In this document: positions 42,739-51,806 of the stretch, one piece after another
How the letters are laid out: each line of letters begins with the position of its first letter
Position numbering within the stretch: position 1 is the first letter of the stretch
Assembly: GCA_963779685.1 (NCBI GenBank)
Contig: CAVZZG010000003.1
Location: 1,025,673-1,089,672 of the forward strand
Reading direction: 5' to 3'
Source: an uncultured Actinomycetes bacterium
Lineage (GTDB): Bacteria > Actinomycetota > Thermoleophilia > Gaiellales > F1-60-MAGs149
Length of the DNA stretch: 64,000 bases
Translations under genes and position numbers: made by a program
The notes under the pieces: generated by a model
What the model was told of the DNA's origin: nothing
The model's input: the letters and a program-made list of their open reading frames with translations, nothing else
Database searches by the model: none

Positions 42739-44750
42739 GGGTCCTCCAGGACGAGCAGGGCGTCGAGCGCGACGGCCTCGCCGTCGTGGACGCGGAGCGG
42801 GTTGACATCGATCTCACGGATCCGGGGATGGCCGTCGGCGGCGTCGCCGAGCGCAACCACGACGCGCGCGACGGCGGCCACACCGGCGTCGTCGAGCCGG
42901 CGCGCCACGGGCGCCACGCTCCGCACCAGCGCTTCGGCGTCGGCCTGGGTGAGCGGCGCGAGCGCCGTGCGCGCGGACTCTCGCACGGCTTCGGCCCACG
43001 ATCCGCCCACCCCCACCAGCACGGTCGGGCCGTACTGGGGGTCGCGCACCATGCCGGCCAGCACCTCCACGCCGCCGCGCAGCTCGGCGGCGACCAGCAC
43101 GCGGCCGCCGCATGCCGCCGCCGCCCGCCGCACCGCCTCGGGCGTGGCGCAACCGAGGTGCACGCCACCTTCGCGCTCCTTGTGCGCCGGGCCGTCGACC
43201 TTGACCACCACCGGCAGGCCGATCGCAGCCGAGGCGGAGACGGCGGCCTCGACCGTCACCACCCGCCGCTCCTCGGGCGACGCGATCCCGTAGGCGGCCA
43301 GGAACGCCTTGGAGTCGGCCTCCGACAGCGCGCCGCCGCGGTGCGGAAGCCGCGCCACGCGCGACGTCTCGGGGCGCTCCCGCAGCCGCGGCGCCCAGCG
43401 CACGGCGGCAGCCACCGCCCGCAGCCCGGGGCCGTGGCCCTTCAACACCGGCACGCCGGCCTCGGCGCAGGTCTCGAGCACGTGGTCGGGCGGATCCGCG
43501 GTCGAGGTCGAGAGGATCGCGACGAAGGCGCCGGTCTCGCGTGAGACATCGCGAGCGAGCTCGGCCGAGAGCCGGCCGGTCTCCTCCTCGTTGTCCACGA
43601 ACCGCAGCGACTGGTCGATGTTGAGCAGCACGCCATCGATGTCGGGATGGGCGGCGCAGGCGCGCGTCACCGCCGGCAGGATCTCGGACTGGTCGGCGAC
43701 GGCGTAGTAGTCGAGCGGGTTGGCGGCGCCGTGGAACGGCCAGTCTGCGTCCAGCCGCGTGCGCAGGTCGTCCGGCAGCGGCGCCAGCGGGATCCCGGCG
43801 CGCTCCGCGAGGTCGGCGGCGTGCTCGCCCTCGCCGCCCGAGTTCGTGATCACGACCAGCCGCGGTCCGCGCGGTCGCCGCCCGGCCCCGAACACCTCGA
43901 GGGCCTCGAACCAGTCGCCCACATCGTCGCTGCGCACGACGCCGTAGGCACGGCACAGAGCGGTGAAGGCGGCGTCCGAGCCGGCGATGGCGCCGGAGTG
44001 GGCCATCGCCCGCTCGGCGCCGACAGCGCTCGTGCCGGTCTTGACGACCAGCACCGGCTTGCCGGCTTCCGCGGCCAGGCGGAGGGCCTCCTCGAACTCC
44101 GCGGGCCGGCGGACCGTCTCGAGCATCATCCCGATCACGCCGGTCTCCGGCTCGGCCGCGAAGTAGGCGAGCCAGTCGGCGGCGTCGGTCGCGATCTCGT
44201 TCCCGCTCGAGACGATGGCCCGCAGCCCGAACCGCGGCCCGACGCCGACCAGCGCCTCGCCGAACGACCCCGACTCGACGACCGTCGCCACCCTGCCCGC
44301 CCGGACGGTCGGGAGGACGGTACCGATCCACGATGAGGCACCGCCCGGCACGACGACGCCCATGCAGTTGGGGCCGACCATCGCCGCGTCGTGCTCGCGG
44401 CAGAGCTCGGCCAGCCGGTCGCGGGCGGCAGCCCCGGCAGGCCCCGTCTCCGGCCCGAGGCCGGGAACGACGAAATGCCGCACGCCGGCCGCGAGTGCGT
44501 CCTCCACGCCGGCCACGGCGTTGGCCGCCCCGAGCGCCACGCAGGCGAGGTGCGGCGCGAACGGCAGCTCCGCGACGGTCGCGGCCACCGGGACGCCGGC
44601 GAACTCCCGGTGCACGGGATGCGTGCCGGCGACCGGGCACGTGTCTCGCATGCCGCGCACGAACGCCCGCGCGACCCCGCTTCGCTCGGATGCGCCGAGC
44701 ACGACGGCGGACCGCGGCTCGAGGAACGCCCGCAGATCCGTCCGCAGCAT
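42735..44750 (-). CDS. ADP-forming acyl-CoA synthetase, second paralogue
   Basis: ATG 44750 shares 1 nt with the TetR stop. Contains FLEPRSAVVLGASERS, MVGPNCMGVV, SSGNE, AHSGAIAGS and PVVVKVDGPAHKEREGGV. Confidence 0.85.
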   Translation of the reverse strand: MLRTDLRAFLEPRSAVVLGASERSGVARAFVRGMRDTCPVAGTHPVHREFAGVPVAATVAELPFAPHLACVALGAANAVAGVEDALAAGVRHFVVPGLGPETGPAGAAARDRLAELCREHDAAMVGPNCMGVVVPGGASSWIGTVLPTVRAGRVATVVESGSFGEALVGVGPRFGLRAIVSSGNEIATDAADWLAYFAAEPETGVIGMMLETVRRPAEFEEALRLAAEAGKPVLVVKTGTSAVGAERAMAHSGAIAGSDAAFTALCRAYGVVRSDDVGDWFEALEVFGAGRRPRGPRLVVITNSGGEGEHAADLAERAGIPLAPLPDDLRTRLDADWPFHGAANPLDYYAVADQSEILPAVTRACAAHPDIDGVLLNIDQSLRFVDNEEETGRLSAELARDVSRETGAFVAILSTSTADPPDHVLETCAEAGVPVLKGHGPGLRAVAAAVRWAPRLRERPETSRVARLPHRGGALSEADSKAFLAAYGIASPEERRVVTVEAAVSASAAIGLPVVVKVDGPAHKEREGGVHLGCATPEAVRRAAAACGGRVLVAAELRGGVEVLAGMVRDPQYGPTVLVGVGGSWAEAVRESARTALAPLTQADAEALVRSVAPVARRLDDAGVAAVARVVVALGDAADGHPRIREIDVNPLRVHDGEAVALDALLVLEDP

Positions 44751-45331
44751 CAGCGCGTGACCTCGAGCCCCAGTTCGTTCGCCACGGACTCGCGGATCAT
44801 GACGGCGGCCGCGGCGTTGTCGATCATCTGCACGAGGATCTGCATCCCCAGTCCGTCGACGATCGCGGCGAGGCGCCGCGCGACGACGTCGGGGGCGGCG
44901 ACGGCGATGCCGCGCTCGGCCGCGACCTCCTGCAGGGCGTCGCCGATCTGGACGATCCAGTCGGCGTAGGAGGCCTTCAGGGTCTCGCGGAGCCGCTCGT
45001 CGAAGACCGCCTGATTCCACATCTGGTGCCAGAGGATGGCGTTCTCCACCGCCACGTCCTCCTCGAGCACGTAGAACGCCAGCAGCGCCGTCAGCCGGCC
45101 GACGGCGTCGGTGGCGGCGGCCATGTGCGCCGCGACGCGTTCATCGGCGCGCTCGTCGGCGTACCGGAACGTCTGGTCGAGCAGGTCGGCGCGGGTCGCG
45201 AAGTAGTAGTGGACCAGCGCGGTCGAGACGCCTGCCTCGCGCGCGACGTCGCTCATCCGAAGTCGTTCGGCACCCTGACTCGAGATCACGCGGCACGCGG
45301 CCTCGAGGAGAGCCACCATCCGATCGCTCAC
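44750..45331 (-). CDS. TetR/AcrR family transcriptional regulator
   Basis: HTH region is RLRMSDVAREAGVSTALVHYYFATRADLL. Starts at GTG 45331 (alternatives ATG 45319 or ATG 45367). The palindrome 45342-45361 favours the shorter forms. Confidence 0.88.
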   Translation of the reverse strand: MSDRMVALLEAACRVISSQGAERLRMSDVAREAGVSTALVHYYFATRADLLDQTFRYADERADERVAAHMAAATDAVGRLTALLAFYVLEEDVAVENAILWHQMWNQAVFDERLRETLKASYADWIVQIGDALQEVAAERGIAVAAPDVVARRLAAIVDGLGMQILVQMIDNAAAAVMIRESVANELGLEVTR

Positions 45332-45341
45332 CGCACCTCCA

Positions 45342-45361
45342 CTGACTGTTGGGACAGTCAG
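45342..45361. promoter_or_regulatory. Probable TetR operator: perfect 8-bp-arm palindrome CTGACTGT-TGGG-ACAGTCAG
   Basis: Read directly from the sequence. It lies 11 nt upstream of the TetR GTG (45331) and 61 nt upstream of the divergent decarboxylase ATG (45422). Confidence 0.6.
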
Positions 45362-45421
45362 CGCCATCGTACCGGACGGGTGCGACAGGGCGTGCCGCCG
45401 GGCCCGTACGCTGCCCGCCTG

Positions 45422-46813
45422 ATGCAGGACGACGCACCTCTCGCAGCTGCCAGCCAGGCCTTCCTGAAGGCCGGCGTGGCGTCGTTCACGACGCCGGGCC
45501 ACGGACGCCGGCCGGGGCTGGCCGACGCGCTGCTGTCGCTCGACATGCCGCTGTCCACGGGCGCGGACGACCTCCGCATGACGACCGACGTCCTCGGCCA
45601 GGCCCAGTCCCTGGCTGCCGAACTGTGGGGCGCGGAGCGCTGCTGGTTCCTGCTGAACGGCTCGACGCAGGGGAACCAGGCGATGGCGCTGGCCGCGGGC
45701 CGGCCGGGCGACCGGGTGCTCGTGTCGCGCACCGTCCACAAGTCGCTGTTCGCCGGGCTGGTGGTGGCCGGCCTCGATCCGGTGTACGTGCGGCCGCAGC
45801 TCGACGCCGTCACGGGGCTGCCGGGCAGGATGGACCCGGCCCGGATCCGCGAGGGGGTCGAGGCAGCGGACACCCGGGCCGTGTTCCTGACCGAGCCGTC
45901 CTACGTCGGGGCGTTCTCGGACGTTGCCGCCATCGCCGCCATCGCCCACGGGGCGGGCGCGGCGCTGCTGGTCGACGGCGCCTGGGGCGCGCACCTCGGC
46001 TTCCACCCCGGTCTGCCATCGCACGCGCTCGCCCAGGGTGCCGATGCGCTCGTCGTCTCGACCCACAAGACGCTGCCCGCATTCACGCAGAGCGCGCTGC
46101 TGCTGGCACGGGCGGGGTACCTCGACCTCGACCAGCTCGACCGCTCGTTCGGCCTGCTCGAGACGACCAGCCCCAGCTGCGCCATCCTCGCCTCGATCGA
46201 CCGCGCCCGTCACCTGATGGCCGCCGACGGGGAGCGGCTGCTGACGACGACGATCGCCCAGTCGGAGCGGATCCGGCGCGCGCTGGAGGCCGTCGAGGGG
46301 GTGCGCGTCGTCGTCGGTGACGACCCCACCAAGCTCGTGGTCCTGCTCGCCGGCGCCGGCGCGGACGGCTTCGCGGTCGAGGCCGACTGCGAGGCGGCCG
46401 GCATACGGTTCGAGATGCTCGACCGCAACCTCATCGTGCCCTTGCTGCACGTGGGGATCCATCCGGAATGGGTCGACCGCCTCTGCGAGACGCTCCCGGC
46501 GGCCATCGAGCGGCACCGCGGCACGCCGCGGCCGCCGGGCATCTCGATCGCGTTCCTGACCGAGCCGGAGACCGCCATGACGCCGCGCGAGGCGTTCTTC
46601 GCACCGCGCGAGACCGTGTCGTGGCGCCACGCCGCCGGCCGCGTCTCGGCCGAGACCGTGACGCCCTACCCGCCGGGCATCCCGGCGCTGGCTCCGGGCG
46701 AGGTCATCTCCGCCGAGGTCGTGGACGCGCTCCGCGGCGAGGCGGCGCACGGGTCGCGCATCAGCTACTGCGCCGACCCGACGCTGGACACGCTGGTCGT
46801 CGTCAGCCGCTGA
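45422..46813 (+). CDS. Orn/Lys/Arg decarboxylase family protein (PLP, fold type I)
   Basis: ATG 45422: MQDDAPLAAASQAFL. Further motifs are SFTTPGHGRRPG, LLNGSTQGNQAM, VVSTHKTLPAFTQSA (PLP Lys) and TPYPPGIP. Confidence 0.85.
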   Translation: MQDDAPLAAASQAFLKAGVASFTTPGHGRRPGLADALLSLDMPLSTGADDLRMTTDVLGQAQSLAAELWGAERCWFLLNGSTQGNQAMALAAGRPGDRVLVSRTVHKSLFAGLVVAGLDPVYVRPQLDAVTGLPGRMDPARIREGVEAADTRAVFLTEPSYVGAFSDVAAIAAIAHGAGAALLVDGAWGAHLGFHPGLPSHALAQGADALVVSTHKTLPAFTQSALLLARAGYLDLDQLDRSFGLLETTSPSCAILASIDRARHLMAADGERLLTTTIAQSERIRRALEAVEGVRVVVGDDPTKLVVLLAGAGADGFAVEADCEAAGIRFEMLDRNLIVPLLHVGIHPEWVDRLCETLPAAIERHRGTPRPPGISIAFLTEPETAMTPREAFFAPRETVSWRHAAGRVSAETVTPYPPGIPALAPGEVISAEVVDALRGEAAHGSRISYCADPTLDTLVVVSR

Positions 46814-47573
46814 CGGCGCGCGCCGACACGACGTACACGAGGTTGCGCTCGACGAACGCCCCGGACGGCTGGATGTCGCGCAGCCGCGTGTCGAGCAGCT
46901 CGAGCAGGTCGTCCCGGCGGTCACCCGCGATCTGGCGGATGCGGTCGCGAGACGAGACGAATCCCACGTAGCTCTCGCGCGTGTACGCGACGGGCTGCTC
47001 GAAGACGGCCCGCTCGTAGCCCTCCCAGCCCGGCATGAGCAGCTCGGGCACGGTGCCGACGGTGTACGACGTGCGGATCGGCTTGCCGGTGAGCTTCACC
47101 AGCAGCTCGTCGACGAGGTAGGTGTAGCGCGTCTCCGGAGCCGGGTACTTCCACAGGTAGACGGCGGCGCCACCGGGACGCAGGACGCGGTGGATCTCGC
47201 GGCTCGCCGCCGGCTCGCGGAACCAGTGGGCGCTCTGCGCGCAGACGACGAGATCGAGCGAGGCGTCCGCCAGCGGCAGATCCTCGGCACGCCCCATCAG
47301 CAGCTGCGCCCGCGACCCCACGTGGCGCTCGGCGGTCTGCAGCATGGTCTCGTCCGGGTCGACGGCGATGACGTTGGCCCCGCGCTCGAGCAACGGCGTC
47401 GTCGAGATGCCGGTGCCGCACCCCAGGTCGAGCACGTCGGCACCTGGTTGAAGCCCGCAACGGCGGGCCAGGTGCTCGTAGACGAGCGCCGTGTAGCCAA
47501 CCCGGAAGGCGTCGTAGGCCTCGGCGACCTCGCCGAATCGCGGCTCGCCCGCCGGCATGAAACCGTACGGCAT
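46803..47573 (-). CDS. Class I SAM-dependent methyltransferase
   Basis: 256 aa. Contains VLDLGCGTGIST, VIAVDPDETML, CAQSAHWF and LRPGGAAV. It overlaps the convergent decarboxylase gene by 11 nt. Confidence 0.85.
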   Translation of the reverse strand: MPYGFMPAGEPRFGEVAEAYDAFRVGYTALVYEHLARRCGLQPGADVLDLGCGTGISTTPLLERGANVIAVDPDETMLQTAERHVGSRAQLLMGRAEDLPLADASLDLVVCAQSAHWFREPAASREIHRVLRPGGAAVYLWKYPAPETRYTYLVDELLVKLTGKPIRTSYTVGTVPELLMPGWEGYERAVFEQPVAYTRESYVGFVSSRDRIRQIAGDRRDDLLELLDTRLRDIQPSGAFVERNLVYVVSARAVSG

Positions 47574-47618
47574 CGCCGCCAGCGTAGACCAATTCGCCGG
47601 TGACGGGCGCGGACGACG

Positions 47619-49436
47619 CTAGCGGCCGAGCCAGACGAACGACGCCTGGCCGATGATCCGGCCGTACACGGCCGCACTTCGCGGTCCGAAGCCCGGCCAG
47701 ACGTACCAGACGTAGCGCTTGCCCGCGGTCAGCTTGCGGGGCGCGATGCGCAGCGTCAACCCCGTCGGCCAGGCCTGGCTGACGAGCTTCGCGCCCCGGT
47801 AGACCTGAACGTTGTAGTAGGTGGCGTCGCGCACCTTCTGCCAGCGCAGGGTGGCCACGCCCCGGAGTTCCGATCCGTCCATCGGCGTAAGCTTCCCGGC
47901 CTTGGGTACCGTCGCCTTGATGCTCGCCACCCGGCTCTCGTTGCCCGCGCCGTCGACCGCGACCACGCCGTAGAAGACCGTCGTGCCGGGCGCCTGGTCG
48001 CGGGCGTACGTGATGAGGCCGCGGGCCGAGGCCAGCACCTTGCCGTCGTTGGCCCGGGTCGGGGCCGCGCCGGCGCGGCTCACGACCACGATGTGGTCGA
48101 CGTCGATGTCGGCCGGCTTGCGCCAGGTGAGGATGATCTTCGTTCCCGCGCGCCGCATCCTCAGCGTGCGCACGTGGCCGGGCGCGATCGTGTCGGGCGT
48201 CGTGGCCGAGGCCTGTGCGAGCGCGGAGACGTTGCCGGCGAGGTCGCGGGCGAAGACGGCGTAGGTGTAGGTGGTCTTCTGGGCGGCGGAGGTGTCGGTG
48301 CAGCCCTCGAAGGCCGGCGTGCAGACGGCGGTGCCGGCGGTTGGCGACGCGGGCGCCGTCGGGCCGACCGCGCGGCGGACGACGTAGGTGTCGAGGCCGC
48401 TGCCGCTGTCAGTGGGGGCCGTCCAGCCGAGGTCGACGCCGGTGCCGTCGCTGCGGACGGTGGCGGTGAACGCGGTCGGCGTCCCGGGCGCGACGGTGTC
48501 GAGGAGGATGTCGACCGTGTTCGAGTCGATCGACTCGTTGACGCCGTCGAAGGCCCGTACGACGTAGCTGTAGTGACCATCGGCCGAGCCGTCCAGCGGC
48601 AGCGAATCGGCAAAGGTCGTCCCGGTGACGGCGCCGACGCGGGTCCCGCCGCGATAGACGTGGTACCCGGCGATGTCGGTCGGCAGCGCCGCCGCCGGCC
48701 AGGTCAGTGCCGGAGCGCCGGCGGCGACGGCCGCCTGCGCCGCGGCGACGGGGGCGGCCGGCGGGTCGGTGTCGATCAGCACCGCCGTGGCTCCGGGCGA
48801 CTCGGCGCCGGCGTTCCCCAGCACGTCGGTGGCGTGCACCTGGATCGTCCACGTCGCCCTGGTGGCGGCGGGCGGCGACCACAGGTAGGTCCACTCGGTG
48901 CCGGTGCCGCCGTAGGCCGCCGTGCCGAGCAGGACCGGGCCGCTCCCGTCGTCGCCCCAGAACTCGACCGACTGGATGCCGGCGCCGTCGTCCGCGTTGG
49001 CGGTCAGCTGGACCGGGACGTCGGCTGCCCCGATGGCCACAGAGCTCGCCGGCGCGGTCGTCGTGCTCACGGGCGGGGTGTTGTCGACGGTGACGTCGAC
49101 GGTGTCGGGCGTCAGGTCGCCGGGCGGGAGCGGGGTGACGCGGTACGTGTAGCAGCCGTCGGCGAGCGGCCCGGGATCGTCGTAGGTGAAGTCACCGGTT
49201 GCGAACACCGCGCCCGCGAGCGTGCCGAGGTCGCTCCAGGCGCCTGCGCCGCAGGCGGATCGCTCGACCTGGAAATCGCGCGGCGCGGACAGGTCGCCGT
49301 CGTGCCACGCCAGCGAGACCGTGCGGACGTAGGGCGGGGTGGCGCCGAACCCGCCCCACGGCGCCGCGGCGCTCGCCACTGCCGGCACCGCCAGGAGCAC
49401 GGCCAGCAACGCGGCCACGACGCCCCAGCGGGTCAC
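47619..49436 (-). CDS. Secreted multi-FN3/Ig-like domain protein
   Basis: Likely starts at GTG 49436 (VTRWGVVAALLAVLLAVPAVASA); the track ORF extends to 49487. FN3-like strands include GYHVYRGGTRVG, YSYVVRAFDGVNES, YTYAVFARDLAGNVS and FYGVVAVDGAGNES. Confidence 0.8.
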   Translation of the reverse strand: MTRWGVVAALLAVLLAVPAVASAAAPWGGFGATPPYVRTVSLAWHDGDLSAPRDFQVERSACGAGAWSDLGTLAGAVFATGDFTYDDPGPLADGCYTYRVTPLPPGDLTPDTVDVTVDNTPPVSTTTAPASSVAIGAADVPVQLTANADDGAGIQSVEFWGDDGSGPVLLGTAAYGGTGTEWTYLWSPPAATRATWTIQVHATDVLGNAGAESPGATAVLIDTDPPAAPVAAAQAAVAAGAPALTWPAAALPTDIAGYHVYRGGTRVGAVTGTTFADSLPLDGSADGHYSYVVRAFDGVNESIDSNTVDILLDTVAPGTPTAFTATVRSDGTGVDLGWTAPTDSGSGLDTYVVRRAVGPTAPASPTAGTAVCTPAFEGCTDTSAAQKTTYTYAVFARDLAGNVSALAQASATTPDTIAPGHVRTLRMRRAGTKIILTWRKPADIDVDHIVVVSRAGAAPTRANDGKVLASARGLITYARDQAPGTTVFYGVVAVDGAGNESRVASIKATVPKAGKLTPMDGSELRGVATLRWQKVRDATYYNVQVYRGAKLVSQAWPTGLTLRIAPRKLTAGKRYVWYVWPGFGPRSAAVYGRIIGQASFVWLGR

Positions 49437-49546
49437 GGTTGCGTCGCGCCGGTGCCGGCCGGCCGCGGAGGGTCGTCCCGTTCCCACACTCGCAGTATGC
49501 GTCGGAGACGGCCCGAATCCTGTTGCCAGCGCCCCAGCGCGACCCC

Positions 49547-49574
49547 GCGATCCTGCGCGATCCTGGGCGATCCT
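49547..49574. promoter_or_regulatory. Three exact GCGATCCT 8-mers at 10-bp phasing (49547, 49557, 49567)
   Basis: Read directly: ccGCGATCCTgcGCGATCCTggGCGATCCTcc. The array lies upstream (on the minus strand) of the FN3 protein gene. Confidence 0.45.
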
Positions 49575-49582
49575 CCACGGTC

Positions 49583-49617
49583 GTGCGGAGTTCGCGGCAC
49601 GGCACGCAACTCCGCAC
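49583..49617. repeat. Perfect 10-bp-arm inverted repeat GTGCGGAGTT-N15-AACTCCGCAC
   Basis: Read directly. The 15-nt loop contains GCGGCACGGCACGC, whose exact complement GCGTGCCGTGCCGC recurs at 49740-49753. Confidence 0.5.
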
Positions 49618-49760
49618 TCCGCGGACCGCGCGGCCCCGTGCGCAGTTCACGCGCCTTCCCTGACGGCACCGCCGCAGGTCATGCCGGCGCCAACCCCAGG
49701 CCTGTCACGGAAGACGCACGAATGCACGGGTGCGAAGTGGCGTGCCGTGCCGCGAAATCC

Positions 49761-50921
49761 TCACCCGGCGCCCAGGCGGGCGAAGTCGGTGCGGTCGGCG
49801 AGGGTGAGGGGGAACATCGGGGCCAGGAGGATGGTGTCGCCTGGAGTGGCGAGGGTGCGGGCGAGCGCGAGGGCGTCGGCGAGCGTGGGAGTCTGCGGGG
49901 CGTCTGGCAGCAGGTCGGCGAGGCGCGCGGCGGCGGCGCCGAAGAGGACGGCGCGGCCGGCGGCTCGGCAGGCGGCGGCCAGGGCGTCCCGTTCCCCGGG
50001 CGAGCCGTGCACGCCGGGATCGTCCCCGCCGGCGAGGAGGATGGCGCCGGGGTAGCGGCGTAGCGCTGCCAGCGCCTTGGCGGGCGTCGCCGCCATGCCG
50101 TCGTCCACGATCGTCACGCCGTCGCCGGTGCCGAGGACACGCTGGCGATGCTCGAGTTCCGGCACGACGACCTCGTGCGGCTCCTGACCGAGCAGGATCG
50201 CCGCGCAGGCCGCGGCCGCTGCAGCCGCCCGCCAGGTCGGGGCGGCGGGTGCCGCGCCGACATCGCGCTCGCCGTCGATGCGGGCGACCAGACGGCCATC
50301 GCGCACGCCGACGCCCCCCTCCACCGGCCCGGCGACGCTGAACCACGCCCGCTGCGCGACCCCGACGCGATCGAACCGCCGCGAACCCGGATCATCCGCG
50401 TTCAGCACGGCCCAGCTGTCGCCGGCCTGGTGCTCCAGCAGGCGCTCCTTGGCAGCGGCGTACGCGCCCAGCGATCCGTGCAGCTCCACATGGTCGGGCC
50501 AGAAGCAGGTCACGACGGCGATCGCCGGAGCCACCTCCAGGTAGCACAGATGGGTGCTCGTCAGCTCGAGCACGAGCGGCGTTCCCGGCGCCCCGAACAG
50601 GCTCTCGTCCGGCCACGCGTTCCGGGCCCGGCCATCGGCGGCGATGGCGCACGTGGGCAGCAGGCCCGCGAGCGTCCAGGCGGTCGTGGTCTTGCCGGCC
50701 GTGCCGGTGATGCCGACGACCGGGACCCGGGCCTCGTCCACCACCAGCTGCGCGAGACACGTGACGGCGATGCCGCGATCACGGGCGGCGAGCACGACGG
50801 GTGCCGTCTCGGCCGTCCACTCGTCCACCACCAGCGCGTCGGCCCGGTCGAGATCGTCGACCAGCTCGTGGCCGCGCGCGAGCCAGGGCCCGGCCGGGCC
50901 GGCGGCGACGTGGACGCGCAT
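49761..50921 (-). CDS. Mur ligase family protein (MurD-like paralogue outside a dcw context)
   Basis: 386 aa. Contains VVGITGTAGKTTT (P-loop), LELTSTHL, VTCFWPDHVELHG and IVDDGMAATPAKALAAL. Confidence 0.7.
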   Translation of the reverse strand: MRVHVAAGPAGPWLARGHELVDDLDRADALVVDEWTAETAPVVLAARDRGIAVTCLAQLVVDEARVPVVGITGTAGKTTTAWTLAGLLPTCAIAADGRARNAWPDESLFGAPGTPLVLELTSTHLCYLEVAPAIAVVTCFWPDHVELHGSLGAYAAAKERLLEHQAGDSWAVLNADDPGSRRFDRVGVAQRAWFSVAGPVEGGVGVRDGRLVARIDGERDVGAAPAAPTWRAAAAAAACAAILLGQEPHEVVVPELEHRQRVLGTGDGVTIVDDGMAATPAKALAALRRYPGAILLAGGDDPGVHGSPGERDALAAACRAAGRAVLFGAAAARLADLLPDAPQTPTLADALALARTLATPGDTILLAPMFPLTLADRTDFARLGAG

Positions 50922-50924
50922 CGC

Positions 50925-51806
50925 TCAGGCGGCGAGGGCGGCGCGCATGGCCGCGATGTGCGCGGGCGTCGAGCCGCAGCACCCGCCGATCAGGTTCACA
51001 CCCAGCTCCCGCATCCGCAGGGCGTACCGGGCCATCACCTCGGGCGTGCCGTCGTACTCGAAGTGGTCGCCGACCGGCCGCGGCAGACCCGCGTTCGACT
51101 GGGCGATCAGGAACACCCCGGGCGGGCGCGCAGCCGCCATCTGGCTCATGATCTGCTCCATCTCATCGGGCCCGCGGCCGCAGTTGGCGCCGATCGCGCG
51201 CACGCCCATCTCGGCGATCCGCACCACGGCCTCCGCAGGTGACACGCCCATCATGGTGTGGAGGTTCGTGTCGAAGCTCATGGTCGCGGCGATCGGCATG
51301 CCCGGCGCAGCGGTCTTGCAGCCACGGACGGCCGCCTCGACCTCGGCCAGATCGCTCATCGTCTCGATCAGCAGGAAGTCCGCACCGCCCGCCACCAACC
51401 CGCGCACCTGGGCGGCGAACAGCACCACGGCATCGTCGGCCTCGAGCAGACCGAGGGGGAAGAGCAGCTCGCCGGTCGGGCCGATATCGCCGCCGACCAG
51501 CGCGTGGTCGCCGGCTGCCGCCCGGGCCACCTCGGCTCCGGCCCGGGAGAGCTCTTCGACCTGGTCCGCGAGATCATGCAGCTCCAGGCGCGGCGCGGTG
51601 CCACCGAACGTGTTGGTGGTGACGAGCTCCGACCCCGAACGGACGTAGCCCTCGAGGATCGCGACGACGTCCGGCCCGCGCTCGACGTTCCACAGCTCGG
51701 GCGCCGCCCCGGCCTCGAGGCCGGAGTCCTGCAGCATCGTGCCCATCGCGCCATCGCCGAGAACGAACTCCTGCATGGCCAGCAACTCGTACAGGTCGCG
51801 CGTCAT
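50925..51806 (-). CDS. Homocysteine S-methyltransferase domain protein
   Basis: 293 aa. Contains VLGDGAMGTML, VTTNTFGG, IETMSDL, IGANCGRGP and IGGCCGSTPAHI (Zn-binding Cys motifs). Confidence 0.88.
   Translation of the reverse strand: MTRDLYELLAMQEFVLGDGAMGTMLQDSGLEAGAAPELWNVERGPDVVAILEGYVRSGSELVTTNTFGGTAPRLELHDLADQVEELSRAGAEVARAAAGDHALVGGDIGPTGELLFPLGLLEADDAVVLFAAQVRGLVAGGADFLLIETMSDLAEVEAAVRGCKTAAPGMPIAATMSFDTNLHTMMGVSPAEAVVRIAEMGVRAIGANCGRGPDEMEQIMSQMAAARPPGVFLIAQSNAGLPRPVGDHFEYDGTPEVMARYALRMRELGVNLIGGCCGSTPAHIAAMRAALAA

Noticed and set aside
49488-49760. The 270-bp gap was examined for a tRNA (including tRNA-Sec) or another known small RNA gene.
   Set aside because: I could find no cloverleaf, no GTTCGAATC-type T-loop and no acceptor pairing on either strand. 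Only the repeats and hairpins reported above are present.
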